From positions 1 through 15,519 of the forward strand of contig JAYPJE010000077.1 in assembly GCA_038128265.1 (NCBI GenBank): 15,519 bases of DNA, in the 5' to 3' direction. A program made the translations under genes and the position numbers. Source of the DNA: Gemmatimonadota bacterium (GTDB lineage Bacteria; Latescibacterota; UBA2968; UBA8231). Shown here piece by piece: positions 1-7,966 of the stretch (positions are counted from its first letter, which is position 1; each line of letters begins with the position of its first letter). The notes under the pieces were generated by a model. It worked only from the letters and a program-made list of their open reading frames with translations. It did not search any database and was not told the origin of the DNA.

Positions 1-1
1 C

Positions 2-2479
2 CGCGATATGGTGCTGCGCATGCAGGTGCTGGAGGGAGAACCGCTCTCTTTTAACGAGATGGGAGTCTTCGGTAAGTGCGGCTTCGGCAACGAATATGTG
101 TACGATCATGGCTTTGGACTGACGCGCTACATCGCGCGCGAATACGGCGACGAAATGCTGGCCGAGCTGTATCGGGGGGCGTCGCGCTGGAACAGTTTAA
201 ATATAGATGGTCTCTTTGCCGAAAAACTCGGTCGGAGCGTCGATCAGCTGCACGCCGACTGGGTTGCTGATATGCGCGTGCGCTACGAGGCACAGGTGGC
301 CGGGTTGGGCCCGCTGCGCGAAGGAGAGGTCGTCGCTGACGAGGGGTTCTCCAATATGCGCCCGCGCCTGGCGCCCGACGGCAAGCGCCTGGCCTATCTC
401 TCGACCGGAACGCAGCATTACGGTCCGCATAAGCTGGTCGTGCGCGACCTGGAAAGCGGCGAGGAAGAAGTGGTTGCGCCGGCGGTAGCCGCGTCGGCGC
501 TGAGCTTTTCGCCGACGGAGGACAAGCTGGTCTTTGCCCGCATAGACCGCGCCGATCGCTACGGCTCTCGGCAGTCCGACGTCTATGCATACGACTTCTC
601 GGCGGAGGAGCCGGGTTTGGCCAGCAGCGCAGTGTGGCTAGTGCCGGCTCTGGTGCGCGGCTACGGCGCCGCGCCGGCGCGCGAAGGGCGCCTGAGTCGC
701 GGCCTGCGCGCCCTGTATCCGGCACACTCGCCCGACGGCCAGTGGATCGCCTTTGTAAAAAACGAGGGCACCAACAACAACCTGGGAGTGATGCGCGCCG
801 ACGGCAGTGAGGTGCACTATCTGACGGATATTGCCGACGGCACCCAGCTCTACAGCCCGCGCTTTGCCCCGGACGGAGCCCACATCGCGCTGTCTATAGC
901 GCGCGATGGACAGCGCGATATTGTCCTGCTGCGCGTGCGCGAAGAAGACGGGCAGCTGCGCGCCGAGGGTCGCTGGGAACTGCTCGTGTCCACGTCGGGC
1001 ACAGACCGCGATCCGGCCTGGAGCGCCGACGGTGAGCGCCTGTACTTTTCATCGGATATAAGCGGCATTTTTAATATCTATGCGATTGAGCTTGCGACAG
1101 GTCTCGTCGAACAGATAACTAACGTTCGAGGTGGAGCGTTTAATCCGACGGTTGATGCCGAGGGGCAGGTGTATTTTTCAGCTTACGCGGCCAAGGGCTT
1201 TGAAATTCGCAAAATTGCCGGAGCGGGCGTCCGCGTTGCACTAGAGCGCCGCGCCAGCCGTGCCGGCGATGTGGATCTGCGCCGGCCTGCTACAGCGGCT
1301 GCTGTGGAAGGACAGCCCTACGGAACGGACTTTCTCAAAACCTCTCTCCTGCCGCGACTGAGCATCGACGAGGGCCGCTTCAAGCCGGGGCTCTATGCGT
1401 CTTCGAGCGATGTGCTCTATCGCCAGAATGTGTTTGTCGGTGGAGCGCTGGCACCGGCCAATGGCGATCGCGATCTCTTTGCCATATACGAGTACAATGG
1501 CCTGCGTCCTACGTTATTTTTGGAGGCTTTTCACCAGAAACGCCACTCGGCCCGCGGCGATAGTTCCGATGCGCGCGATGCAGTTATCGACGGCGTCAAC
1601 TTCAGCCTCAATCAAATTAGCATAGGAGCACGCGGTCGTTTGGGCCGCCAGGGAGAAGTGACGGTTTCCGCGACATATGACCGCTATGATGCCAGCGTCC
1701 AATGGCGCGCTTTTGTGCCGCGCCGCGATGGCAATATCGGACTTTTTCTGGAGAAGCAGAAGCCGTTTGGCTACACCTATTTGAATGGTTTTGGCCTCGG
1801 GGTGACCTACAGGCTCAACCTGCTCGCGCGCCGCCGGGACCGCGATATTAGCCCGGTGGGACGCCAGATTTACGCGCGCTACGACCGAATGCACAACTAC
1901 TTTCTCGACTCGTTTAACGAACAGGCGTCATTTATTGACGAGGAGTTTATCAAGCTGTTCTACAACCAGTTTACGCTCGACTGGAACGAGTATATAGCGC
2001 TGCCGTGGAATGGGCGTCTCGGCCTGCGCTTTTTTGGCGGCTGGATTGCCAGCGACGCGGTTGATGACAAAGAGGCCGTTAACGATTTCTTTGATTACCA
2101 TTTGGGCGGCCTGAGCTTTATGAAGGGCTACACCTTTTACAGCATTGAAGGCCGCAAGGCCGCCATGGGCACCGCTACGCTGCGCTTTCCGCTGATGGAG
2201 CACTGGGGCGCGCGCTTATTGCACGTCTATTTTGACAAGGTGTACGGCGCGGTCTACGGCGATATTGGCAAGGCGTGGGATCGCTCGTTTGACGAGCCCG
2301 ACTCCTTTTATGGGCGAGAAGCGCCGCTGCGCGATTTCGGTGGGCAATTGCGCTTTGATCTCAACTCCTATTATAGTTTGCCCACGCGCGTGCAGCTCGA
2401 TTTGGCCTATGGGATCGATGAGGTGGCCGAGCGCAGTCCGTGGAAGTTTTATCTGACCGTGCTGTTTGGATATTTATAA
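2..2479 (+). CDS. 5'-truncated outer-membrane protein: end of a peptidase-MA-like domain, PD40/TolB-like beta-propeller repeats, and a C-terminal Omp85/BamA-TamA-like beta-barrel
   Basis: The frame is open from the window edge (cgc gat atg), so ATG at 8 is probably internal. N-terminal 'YDHGFGLTRYIAREYGDEML' resembles the gluzincin/MA C-terminal helix. Repeated PD40-like motifs: PRLAPDGKRLAY, PAHSPDGQWIAF, PRFAPDGAHIAL, PAWSADGERLYF. The C-terminal half has amphipathic strands, 'LGGLSFMKGY' (like the Omp85 L6 loop), 'YGDIGKAW', and ends 'WKFYLTVLFGYL'. Confidence 0.8.
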   Translation, partial: RDMVLRMQVLEGEPLSFNEMGVFGKCGFGNEYVYDHGFGLTRYIAREYGDEMLAELYRGASRWNSLNIDGLFAEKLGRSVDQLHADWVADMRVRYEAQVAGLGPLREGEVVADEGFSNMRPRLAPDGKRLAYLSTGTQHYGPHKLVVRDLESGEEEVVAPAVAASALSFSPTEDKLVFARIDRADRYGSRQSDVYAYDFSAEEPGLASSAVWLVPALVRGYGAAPAREGRLSRGLRALYPAHSPDGQWIAFVKNEGTNNNLGVMRADGSEVHYLTDIADGTQLYSPRFAPDGAHIALSIARDGQRDIVLLRVREEDGQLRAEGRWELLVSTSGTDRDPAWSADGERLYFSSDISGIFNIYAIELATGLVEQITNVRGGAFNPTVDAEGQVYFSAYAAKGFEIRKIAGAGVRVALERRASRAGDVDLRRPATAAAVEGQPYGTDFLKTSLLPRLSIDEGRFKPGLYASSSDVLYRQNVFVGGALAPANGDRDLFAIYEYNGLRPTLFLEAFHQKRHSARGDSSDARDAVIDGVNFSLNQISIGARGRLGRQGEVTVSATYDRYDASVQWRAFVPRRDGNIGLFLEKQKPFGYTYLNGFGLGVTYRLNLLARRRDRDISPVGRQIYARYDRMHNYFLDSFNEQASFIDEEFIKLFYNQFTLDWNEYIALPWNGRLGLRFFGGWIASDAVDDKEAVNDFFDYHLGGLSFMKGYTFYSIEGRKAAMGTATLRFPLMEHWGARLLHVYFDKVYGAVYGDIGKAWDRSFDEPDSFYGREAPLRDFGGQLRFDLNSYYSLPTRVQLDLAYGIDEVAERSPWKFYLTVLFGYL

Positions 2480-2520
2480 AATTCCGCTTGGAGTCGTGGA
2501 TTTTGCAGGGGAGAGAGCAA

Positions 2521-3408
2521 ATGATCATACGAGTGATTGCAGTGCTTGCGCTGGGTGCGTTGTTGTGCAGTGCACCGCTTGGTGCCGAGCAGCTGCCCAG
2601 TTTGTTTAGCGAGGAGGGGCAGCGCTTCCTAATGGGGCCAATCGCCGTTGCCCAGGAAGACGGACCCGCCCCCAAGCGCCGTTTGCCGCAGGAAGAAAAA
2701 GGGGGGATGACGCCGCGTCGGGCCTTTCTCTATTCACTGCTATTGCCGGGGTTAGGGGAGATAATGAACGGTGCGACGATGCGCGGTGCGCTGTTTATGG
2801 GGCTCGAAGCGGTGGGCTTGGGGCTGTACGTCAATTGGAGCGGTCAGGGCAACGATGCGGAAAAAGAGTTTCGCCAAGTGGCCGACGAGACCTGGGATCC
2901 GCTGGGCTACTTGGCTTGGCGCGGCTCGACCATTTCGCGCAATTCGTCCATCACGCATGCCCTGCCGTGCTCGACCTATATCGACGACTACCTGGCTACC
3001 GGTGATTTTGGCAGCTGCCCTGACGCCGAGGTGCAGCAGTACTACGAGCTTATCGGCAAATACGACCAATTCGTTTCGGGGTGGACCGATTTGGTATATG
3101 CTGAAACGGGCAACCCAGCCCAGGCTACGCAGGTGGACTCGGTGGAAAATTTCCTGTCGGAGAAGCGGCTGGCCTATGAAGTGCAGCGCGACGACAGCAA
3201 TCGTTTTTTAAAGCGCGCCAGTTCAGTGACGGGACTGCTGTTAGTCAATCACGTCATCAGCGCCATTGACGCGGCGCGGGTGGCGCGGTCGCGTGCCGAG
3301 GGGGCTACGGCCGAAGCCATCGAGCGTCGCACGCGCTTCGCGTTTGTCATGCATGGGGGCCAGCGTACGCGCGTGCCCATGCTCATGGCGTACAAGCCCT
3401 TTCCCTAA
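2521..3408 (+). CDS. Exported/membrane protein, DUF5683-like
   Basis: ATG 2521 follows a purine-rich RBS (ggggagagag) and starts a signal peptide (MIIRVIAVLALGALLCSAPLGA). Motif 'RAFLYSLLLPGLGEI' is followed by a hydrophobic helix, and a second helix reads 'LLLVNHVISAIDAAR'. Confidence 0.7.
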   Translation: MIIRVIAVLALGALLCSAPLGAEQLPSLFSEEGQRFLMGPIAVAQEDGPAPKRRLPQEEKGGMTPRRAFLYSLLLPGLGEIMNGATMRGALFMGLEAVGLGLYVNWSGQGNDAEKEFRQVADETWDPLGYLAWRGSTISRNSSITHALPCSTYIDDYLATGDFGSCPDAEVQQYYELIGKYDQFVSGWTDLVYAETGNPAQATQVDSVENFLSEKRLAYEVQRDDSNRFLKRASSVTGLLLVNHVISAIDAARVARSRAEGATAEAIERRTRFAFVMHGGQRTRVPMLMAYKPFP

Positions 3409-3415
3409 GCTTGCG

Positions 3416-4033
3416 ATGTCTTCCAAGGTATTAATCGCCTTTTCCTCCTTGTTGGTCCTGGTCACTTCGGCGCCGGCACAGACGGGAGCCGGTGCGTTTT
3501 GGCGCTCGCTGCTGTTGCCGGGCTGGGGGCAGCACTATGCCAGCGGCGGGGGTGGACGTTTTCTGGCGGCCGAAGGTGCGCTGTGGCTGAGTTATGCGGC
3601 CTTGAATCGCCTTGCTGACGTGCGCGCCGACCGCTTTCACGCCTACGCGGCTGAACGCGCCGGCGCCTATTCGCGCGGCAAGGGACGGCGTTTCCTCGAC
3701 GATTTGGGCTTTTATGAGAGCCGCGTGCAGCACAATCAATTTGCCCTGCGCGAAGACGGGCCCAGCGCGCAGCTTTATCCTGCCGTTGTCGCTTTTGACT
3801 GGGAGTGGGATAGCGATGCAGCGCGCGAGCGCTATCGCGGTATGCGCAACGATAGCCAACTGGCCAAGCGCCAGGCGCTCTACGCGACGGGTCTGGTGGT
3901 CGCCAATCACCTGCTATCGGCTATTCACGCCGCGCGCAGCGTGGGCAAGGAGCCCGGCGCGACGGCCGCTGTGCACGCACAGCTCGTTCCTCAGCCCGAC
4001 GGCGTGCGCTGGGCGCTGGTTCGCCGTTTTTAG
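3416..4033 (+). CDS. Exported/membrane protein, DUF5683-like, paralog of the upstream gene
   Basis: ATG 3416 lies 7 nt after the upstream stop. Signal peptide MSSKVLIAFSSLLVLVTSAPA. Motifs 'AFWRSLLLPGWGQHY' and 'LVVANHLLSAIHAAR'. Ends 'VRWALVRRF'. Confidence 0.7.
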   Translation: MSSKVLIAFSSLLVLVTSAPAQTGAGAFWRSLLLPGWGQHYASGGGGRFLAAEGALWLSYAALNRLADVRADRFHAYAAERAGAYSRGKGRRFLDDLGFYESRVQHNQFALREDGPSAQLYPAVVAFDWEWDSDAARERYRGMRNDSQLAKRQALYATGLVVANHLLSAIHAARSVGKEPGATAAVHAQLVPQPDGVRWALVRRF

Positions 4034-4037
4034 CGCT

Positions 4038-5663
4038 ATGCGTATTCTATTGCTCATCGGGGCGATTATTTGGGTGCCGCTGGCTGCTTCAGCCCTGCCG
4101 CATCTGTGCGGGACCCGTTGGTTGGCCGAGCAAGAGGAAGCCCCGCCGCTGCCGGCCGCGGGTAAGGCGGTTGCAGCCACGCAGAGCGCGGAGATTGTCG
4201 TGGGTACTACGCTCGCCGCAGCGGTGTCCGGCGACGCCTTTCTACGCCCGATGACCTGCCGCTACGTCGGCGAAAACGCCTATATATTCGTCGAGGATCG
4301 GGTTTGGGATGTCGTCGTAGTGCAGCCGTCGATTGATCGCTTGGGGGTGCTGTTTGACGATGCGACGCCGGCCGATGCGGAGCGCGGCATCTACGACTTG
4401 GCGACAGAGGCCTTCGGAGCGGCGCCCGATGTTGATGGCGACCGGCGCATCTTTATCTTTGTAGTCGATATGCCCGACGACCGCATCGTCGGTTTTTTCG
4501 ATCCGCGCATTGCCACTCACATCGACCCGCAGCTGCGGCGCGATGCGCTCTTCCTCGATGCGTTTCACCTCAATTCGAACCCGACGCTCGCGCGCGGCAC
4601 GCTGGCCCACGAGTTTCAGCATCTAATTCACTGGGGGCACGATGCCGATGAAGAGGCGTGGATCGACGAGGGGCTATCGGGCTATGCAGAGGAACTGGTT
4701 GGTTTTGCCGAGACGGATCCCAATATGGTTCCGGAGTTTCTCGATGCGCCCGACCTCAACTTAACCACGTGGCCCTCGCTGATTGGTGCGGCGATTCCCC
4801 ACTACGGCGCCACCTACCTATTTGCTTCGTTTCTGCGCGAGCGCTATGGCCCCGAATTGATTCGCGCCGTCGTCGCCGAGGGCCGCAACGGCACCTTTGG
4901 CATCGACGAGGCGTTTAAAGATATTGGTGCCGTCGAAAATTTTGTCGGCGCGTGGCGCCTGTGGATTGCGGGTAATTATGCCTCCGACGATACCTACTAC
5001 GGGTATAGCGCCCTGGGCGGCCGGCGCGTGCGCTCTTTCTCCATTGGCGAAGTGCCGTTTGGGCCGGCGGAAGGCGGGGTGGGTCAGCAGTGGGGCACGA
5101 TCAACTTTTCGCTGCAGACGCCGGGCAATGTAGAATTCGAGTTTCGCGGTGCGCAGGAGGGTCGTTACGCAGTGTGGGGATACGGCATGCGCGGTAGCAC
5201 GGGCGAAATGGTCGCCGTTGAGCTCGACGACAACAACGCGGGAAGCGCGCAGTGGGCCGGTGTCGACAGCGTTGGCATTGTAGTTGGTCGCACCGCGCTG
5301 GCAGGCAGCGCATTTTCTCTGGCAGTGCGTCCCTATGAGCCGGAGCCCATTCCCACTGCGGTGCGCACAGCGGTGCCCGACGGTGTGCGTTTTGCGCTGG
5401 GTGCGGCGTATCCCAATCCGTTTAATGGGCAGGTGCTGCTGCCCGTTGAGGTGGCGCGTGATGCCATGGTCGAGCTATCGATATACAACAGCTTGGGGCA
5501 GCGCGTTCGCCAGCTGTTGAATGGCCGGATGCGTGCGGGGTCACATCGCCCGTACTGGGATGGACGCGATAATTTGGGTCGCTCTGTGGGCAGCGGGCAG
5601 TACTATGCCGTCGCCCATATTGGAGGAGCTGCATTTGTGCGCGGGCTGACGCTGATCAAATAG
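4038..5663 (+). CDS. Secreted zinc metallopeptidase (gluzincin, M30/MA-like) with a C-terminal T9SS type-A sorting/FlgD Ig-like domain
   Basis: ATG 4038 lies 4 nt after the upstream stop. Signal peptide MRILLLIGAIIWVPLAASA. Motifs 'DVDGDRRIFIF', 'TLAHEFQHLIH' (HEXXH at 4608-4622), 'WIDEGLS' (third ligand) and 'YGATYLFASFLRERYG'. CTD 'YPNPFN...IYNSLGQRVR...WDGRD..G..VGSGQYY...LTLIK'. Confidence 0.85.
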   Translation: MRILLLIGAIIWVPLAASALPHLCGTRWLAEQEEAPPLPAAGKAVAATQSAEIVVGTTLAAAVSGDAFLRPMTCRYVGENAYIFVEDRVWDVVVVQPSIDRLGVLFDDATPADAERGIYDLATEAFGAAPDVDGDRRIFIFVVDMPDDRIVGFFDPRIATHIDPQLRRDALFLDAFHLNSNPTLARGTLAHEFQHLIHWGHDADEEAWIDEGLSGYAEELVGFAETDPNMVPEFLDAPDLNLTTWPSLIGAAIPHYGATYLFASFLRERYGPELIRAVVAEGRNGTFGIDEAFKDIGAVENFVGAWRLWIAGNYASDDTYYGYSALGGRRVRSFSIGEVPFGPAEGGVGQQWGTINFSLQTPGNVEFEFRGAQEGRYAVWGYGMRGSTGEMVAVELDDNNAGSAQWAGVDSVGIVVGRTALAGSAFSLAVRPYEPEPIPTAVRTAVPDGVRFALGAAYPNPFNGQVLLPVEVARDAMVELSIYNSLGQRVRQLLNGRMRAGSHRPYWDGRDNLGRSVGSGQYYAVAHIGGAAFVRGLTLIK

Positions 5664-5699
5664 CGGACGGGTGCGAAGAGGGGGTGTGTGGTGAGGGGC

Positions 5700-6575
5700 C
5701 TACGGGCTGTCCTCGCCTTTTTTTTGCCCGACCGTAGCGAGAATATTGTCGATGAGGCGCACGTTCGACAGGCGCACGGCTAGGGCAATCACTGCCGATT
5801 GCTCTACGCGCCGTAGTTCGGCTAGCGAGTCGGGGTCGACGATGGAAATGTAGTCGATGTTTCGCGTTAATTCGCGCTCGATGGCCGCACGCATCTCGGC
5901 TACGAGATTGTCTGTGTCGCACGGTCCCTCGGCCAGCAGGTCGCGCGCGCGGCACAGCGATTGGTAGAGAATGGGCGCGCGCTGTCGCTCCGTTTTGCTC
6001 AGGTGGACGTTGCGCGAACTCATCGCCAGGCCGTCCGCTTCGCGCACGGTGGGTGCCATATCGATATCGACGTCCAAGCCGAGGTCGGCAACCATGCGGC
6101 GGATGACGGCGACCTGCTGATAATCCTTTTGTCCAAAGATGGCAACGTGCGGTTTAACAGCCGTGAAAAGCTTGGTGACGACTGTGGTAACGCCGCGGAA
6201 ATGGCCGGGGCGAAACGCGCCGCATAGGCCTTCACTAAGCCCTTCTACTTCGACATATGTGGAAAACGATGGAGCGTAGAAGTCGTCTGCAGACGGGTGG
6301 AAGACGGCATCTACTTCGATGTCGTTCAGCAATTCTAGGTCGCGCGCTAGATCGCGTGGATAGATGGCAAAGTCTTCTTTTGGGCCAAACTGCAGTGGGT
6401 TGACAAATACGCTTACCACGCAGCGCTGCCCAAGCGACTGGGCGCGTTCTACGAGGCTGAGGTGCCCGCGGTGTAAATAGCCCATTGTCGGCACGAGGGC
6501 TATGCGCTCCCCGCGCTGTCGCCAGGTATCGGCCTGATGCTGCATGGACCGCGTCGACTTAATGAGCGCGGGCAT
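5700..6575 (-). CDS. panC: Pantoate--beta-alanine ligase (pantothenate synthetase)
   Basis: Motifs VPTMGYLHRGH, SVFVNPLQF, RPGHFRGV, FGQKDYQQ, READGLAMSSRN, RLIDN. Confidence 0.98.
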   Translation of the reverse strand: MPALIKSTRSMQHQADTWRQRGERIALVPTMGYLHRGHLSLVERAQSLGQRCVVSVFVNPLQFGPKEDFAIYPRDLARDLELLNDIEVDAVFHPSADDFYAPSFSTYVEVEGLSEGLCGAFRPGHFRGVTTVVTKLFTAVKPHVAIFGQKDYQQVAVIRRMVADLGLDVDIDMAPTVREADGLAMSSRNVHLSKTERQRAPILYQSLCRARDLLAEGPCDTDNLVAEMRAAIERELTRNIDYISIVDPDSLAELRRVEQSAVIALAVRLSNVRLIDNILATVGQKKGEDSP

Positions 6576-7086
6576 GGTGTTGGGTCATCGGCAGCGTGAG
6601 TTCGGCGACAGCAGGGAGCTCTGCTGCACGGAGCTGTTTGAGGTGGTGCGCATAGGGCACCGCGGAGATTGGGTCGCATGCATCTGGTGCAATTTGCAGC
6701 AGGGGAACGAGGACGAAATCGCGTGCTGCAATATGCGGGTGCGGCAGCGTGAGCAGGGGGCTGTCAATGCAGGCATCGCCAAAGAGAAGCAGGTCTAGGT
6801 CGAGCGTGCGTGGCCCCCAGTGGACGGTGCGCTGGCGTCCGTGGCGATGCTCGATGGTTTGCATGGCCTCTAGCAGATCCACTGGCGAACCTTCGGCGCG
6901 CGCACAGCACACGGCGTTGAGGAAAGGGGGCTGTTCGATGGTGCCCAGCGGCGCCGTCTCGTAGACGCTTGAGGCGGACAGTATCTCCAGGCCGCTCAGC
7001 CCGTGTAGCTCGTTCAAGCCCATTTGCAGGTAGTCGAGGCGTTGGCCGATATTGGAGCCGAGCGCGATGAAAACGCGCTCACTCAT
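6559..7086 (-). CDS. folK: 2-amino-4-hydroxy-6-hydroxymethyldihydropteridine diphosphokinase (HPPK)
   Basis: Motifs FIALGSNIG, SSVYET, FLNAV, WGPRTLDLDLL, LPHP. Overlaps the folB stop (8 nt) and the panC start (17 nt). Confidence 0.97.
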   Translation of the reverse strand: MSERVFIALGSNIGQRLDYLQMGLNELHGLSGLEILSASSVYETAPLGTIEQPPFLNAVCCARAEGSPVDLLEAMQTIEHRHGRQRTVHWGPRTLDLDLLLFGDACIDSPLLTLPHPHIAARDFVLVPLLQIAPDACDPISAVPYAHHLKQLRAAELPAVAELTLPMTQHHARAH

Positions 7087-7444
7087 AGTGGCGTGTTATC
7101 TCGACTTCGATTCCGTCAAAATCGCCTGGCACGGGCGGATGGGGTTTGCGCACGCGCACGGTCAGCGTCAGGGGAGCATAGGCTGTGCCAACGCGTTCGG
7201 CGATGTGCTCGGCAACGGCTTCCACCAGCTTAAAGCGCTGCTGGGTGACGACGGCCGCCACGTGTTCATAGACGTCTGCGTAGTTGATCGACTGCTCTAT
7301 GTCGTCGTCGCAGCCGGCGCGGCGCAGGTCGCTCACTAGCTCCAAGTCGACCTCGAAGCGCTGGCCGAGGCGGTTCTCTTCGGGGTACAGACCGTGGTAG
7401 GCATAAAAGCGCATATTGCGCAGGCGAATGGCGTCTGATGGCAT
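7079..7444 (-). CDS. folB: Dihydroneopterin aldolase
   Basis: Motifs FYAYHG..PEE..LGQRFEVD, SINYA, LVEAVAE, VRKP. RBS GAGGA upstream. Confidence 0.97.
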   Translation of the reverse strand: MPSDAIRLRNMRFYAYHGLYPEENRLGQRFEVDLELVSDLRRAGCDDDIEQSINYADVYEHVAAVVTQQRFKLVEAVAEHIAERVGTAYAPLTLTVRVRKPHPPVPGDFDGIEVEITRHYE

Positions 7445-7468
7445 GGTGTATCCTCTTTAGTGGGCATG

Positions 7469-7496
7469 AATATAGGTAGGGTTCGGTGCCTGTCAA
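7469..7496 (-). promoter_or_regulatory. Sigma70-type promoter for folB-folK-panC
   Basis: Minus strand reads TTGACA-16 nt-TATATT, ending 24 nt upstream of the folB ATG. Confidence 0.65.
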
Positions 7497-7524
7497 TCGC
7501 TCGCCAGGAGTCTGCTTTTGACGC

Positions 7525-7553
7525 TTGATTTAGGTCGGGGCGTTGAGTATATT
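7525..7553 (+). promoter_or_regulatory. Sigma70-type promoter for the small 97-aa gene
   Basis: TTGATT-17 nt-TATATT, followed by RBS AGGAGG at 7580-7585 and ATG at 7592. Confidence 0.6.
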
Positions 7554-7591
7554 GCTAGCATCAAGGATGATACACCCCAAGGAGGTACCGT

Positions 7592-7885
7592 ATGTCCGAA
7601 GTCTCGTCGATGCGCAGCGGGGCTATGCAGTCCGGCGGCGCACAGGAGGCGCAAAGCAATCGCCGTGTGGCGCAGGAGCGCCGCGCTGAAGAAGCCGAGG
7701 CTCGTCGCCAGGAAGAGCGTCAGCGCACCGCGCGCGCCGAAGAGGCGCAGCAGGCTCAGCGCGCCGAGCAGGCGCGCCAACAGCAGGCTTCTCAGCAAAG
7801 TCGTCAGCGCGACGAGAACCAGAGTCAGCGCCTGGAGATCGAACAGCAGCAGGGACGCGGTCAGGTCGTCGATACGCTGGCCTAA
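7592..7885 (+). CDS. Small Gln/Arg/Glu/Ala-rich hypothetical protein with a C-terminal GxxxDxxA motif
   Basis: Perfect Shine-Dalgarno AGGAGG 6 nt before the ATG, its own promoter, and a downstream hairpin. It fills the gap between folB and purD. Confidence 0.75.
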   Translation: MSEVSSMRSGAMQSGGAQEAQSNRRVAQERRAEEAEARRQEERQRTARAEEAQQAQRAEQARQQQASQQSRQRDENQSQRLEIEQQQGRGQVVDTLA

Positions 7886-7905
7886 TCGAACGCTTCCATA
7901 AGAAT

Positions 7906-7944
7906 ACAGCGCGCCACCGGACCTATGAGCCGGTGGCGCGCTGT
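7906..7944. terminator. Perfect 15-bp hairpin between convergent genes, probably a bidirectional terminator
   Basis: ACAGCGCGCCACCGG (7906-7920), 9-nt loop, CCGGTGGCGCGCTGT (7930-7944). U-tracts are weak (cgttgt on +, attctt on -). Confidence 0.7.
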
Positions 7945-7966
7945 CGTTGTAGGCGTGTCAGCGCAA

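Noticed and set aside
2440..2520. Longer starts given in the ORF track (2440; likewise 3266, 9307 and 11157)
   Set aside because: Downstream ATGs (2521, 3416, 9274, 11103) fit the RBS, signal peptide or family N-terminus better. They also avoid overlap with neighbouring genes or, for 11157, with the predicted promoter.
3612..4037. N-terminal extension of the 683-aa ORF
   Set aside because: It overlaps the upstream gene in another frame. The signal peptide starts at ATG 4038.
7493..7901. Alternative-frame ORFs over the small gene (7518-7901 +, 7493-7798 -)
   Set aside because: Neither has an RBS. Their Arg/Ser-rich or Leu-rich composition is what other frames of a Q/E/A/R-rich gene produce. 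7592 has the perfect SD.
7906..7944. Hairpin as a REP/MITE element
   Set aside because: There is one copy in the window, and its position between convergent stops is explained by termination. A genome-wide search would be needed to revisit this.
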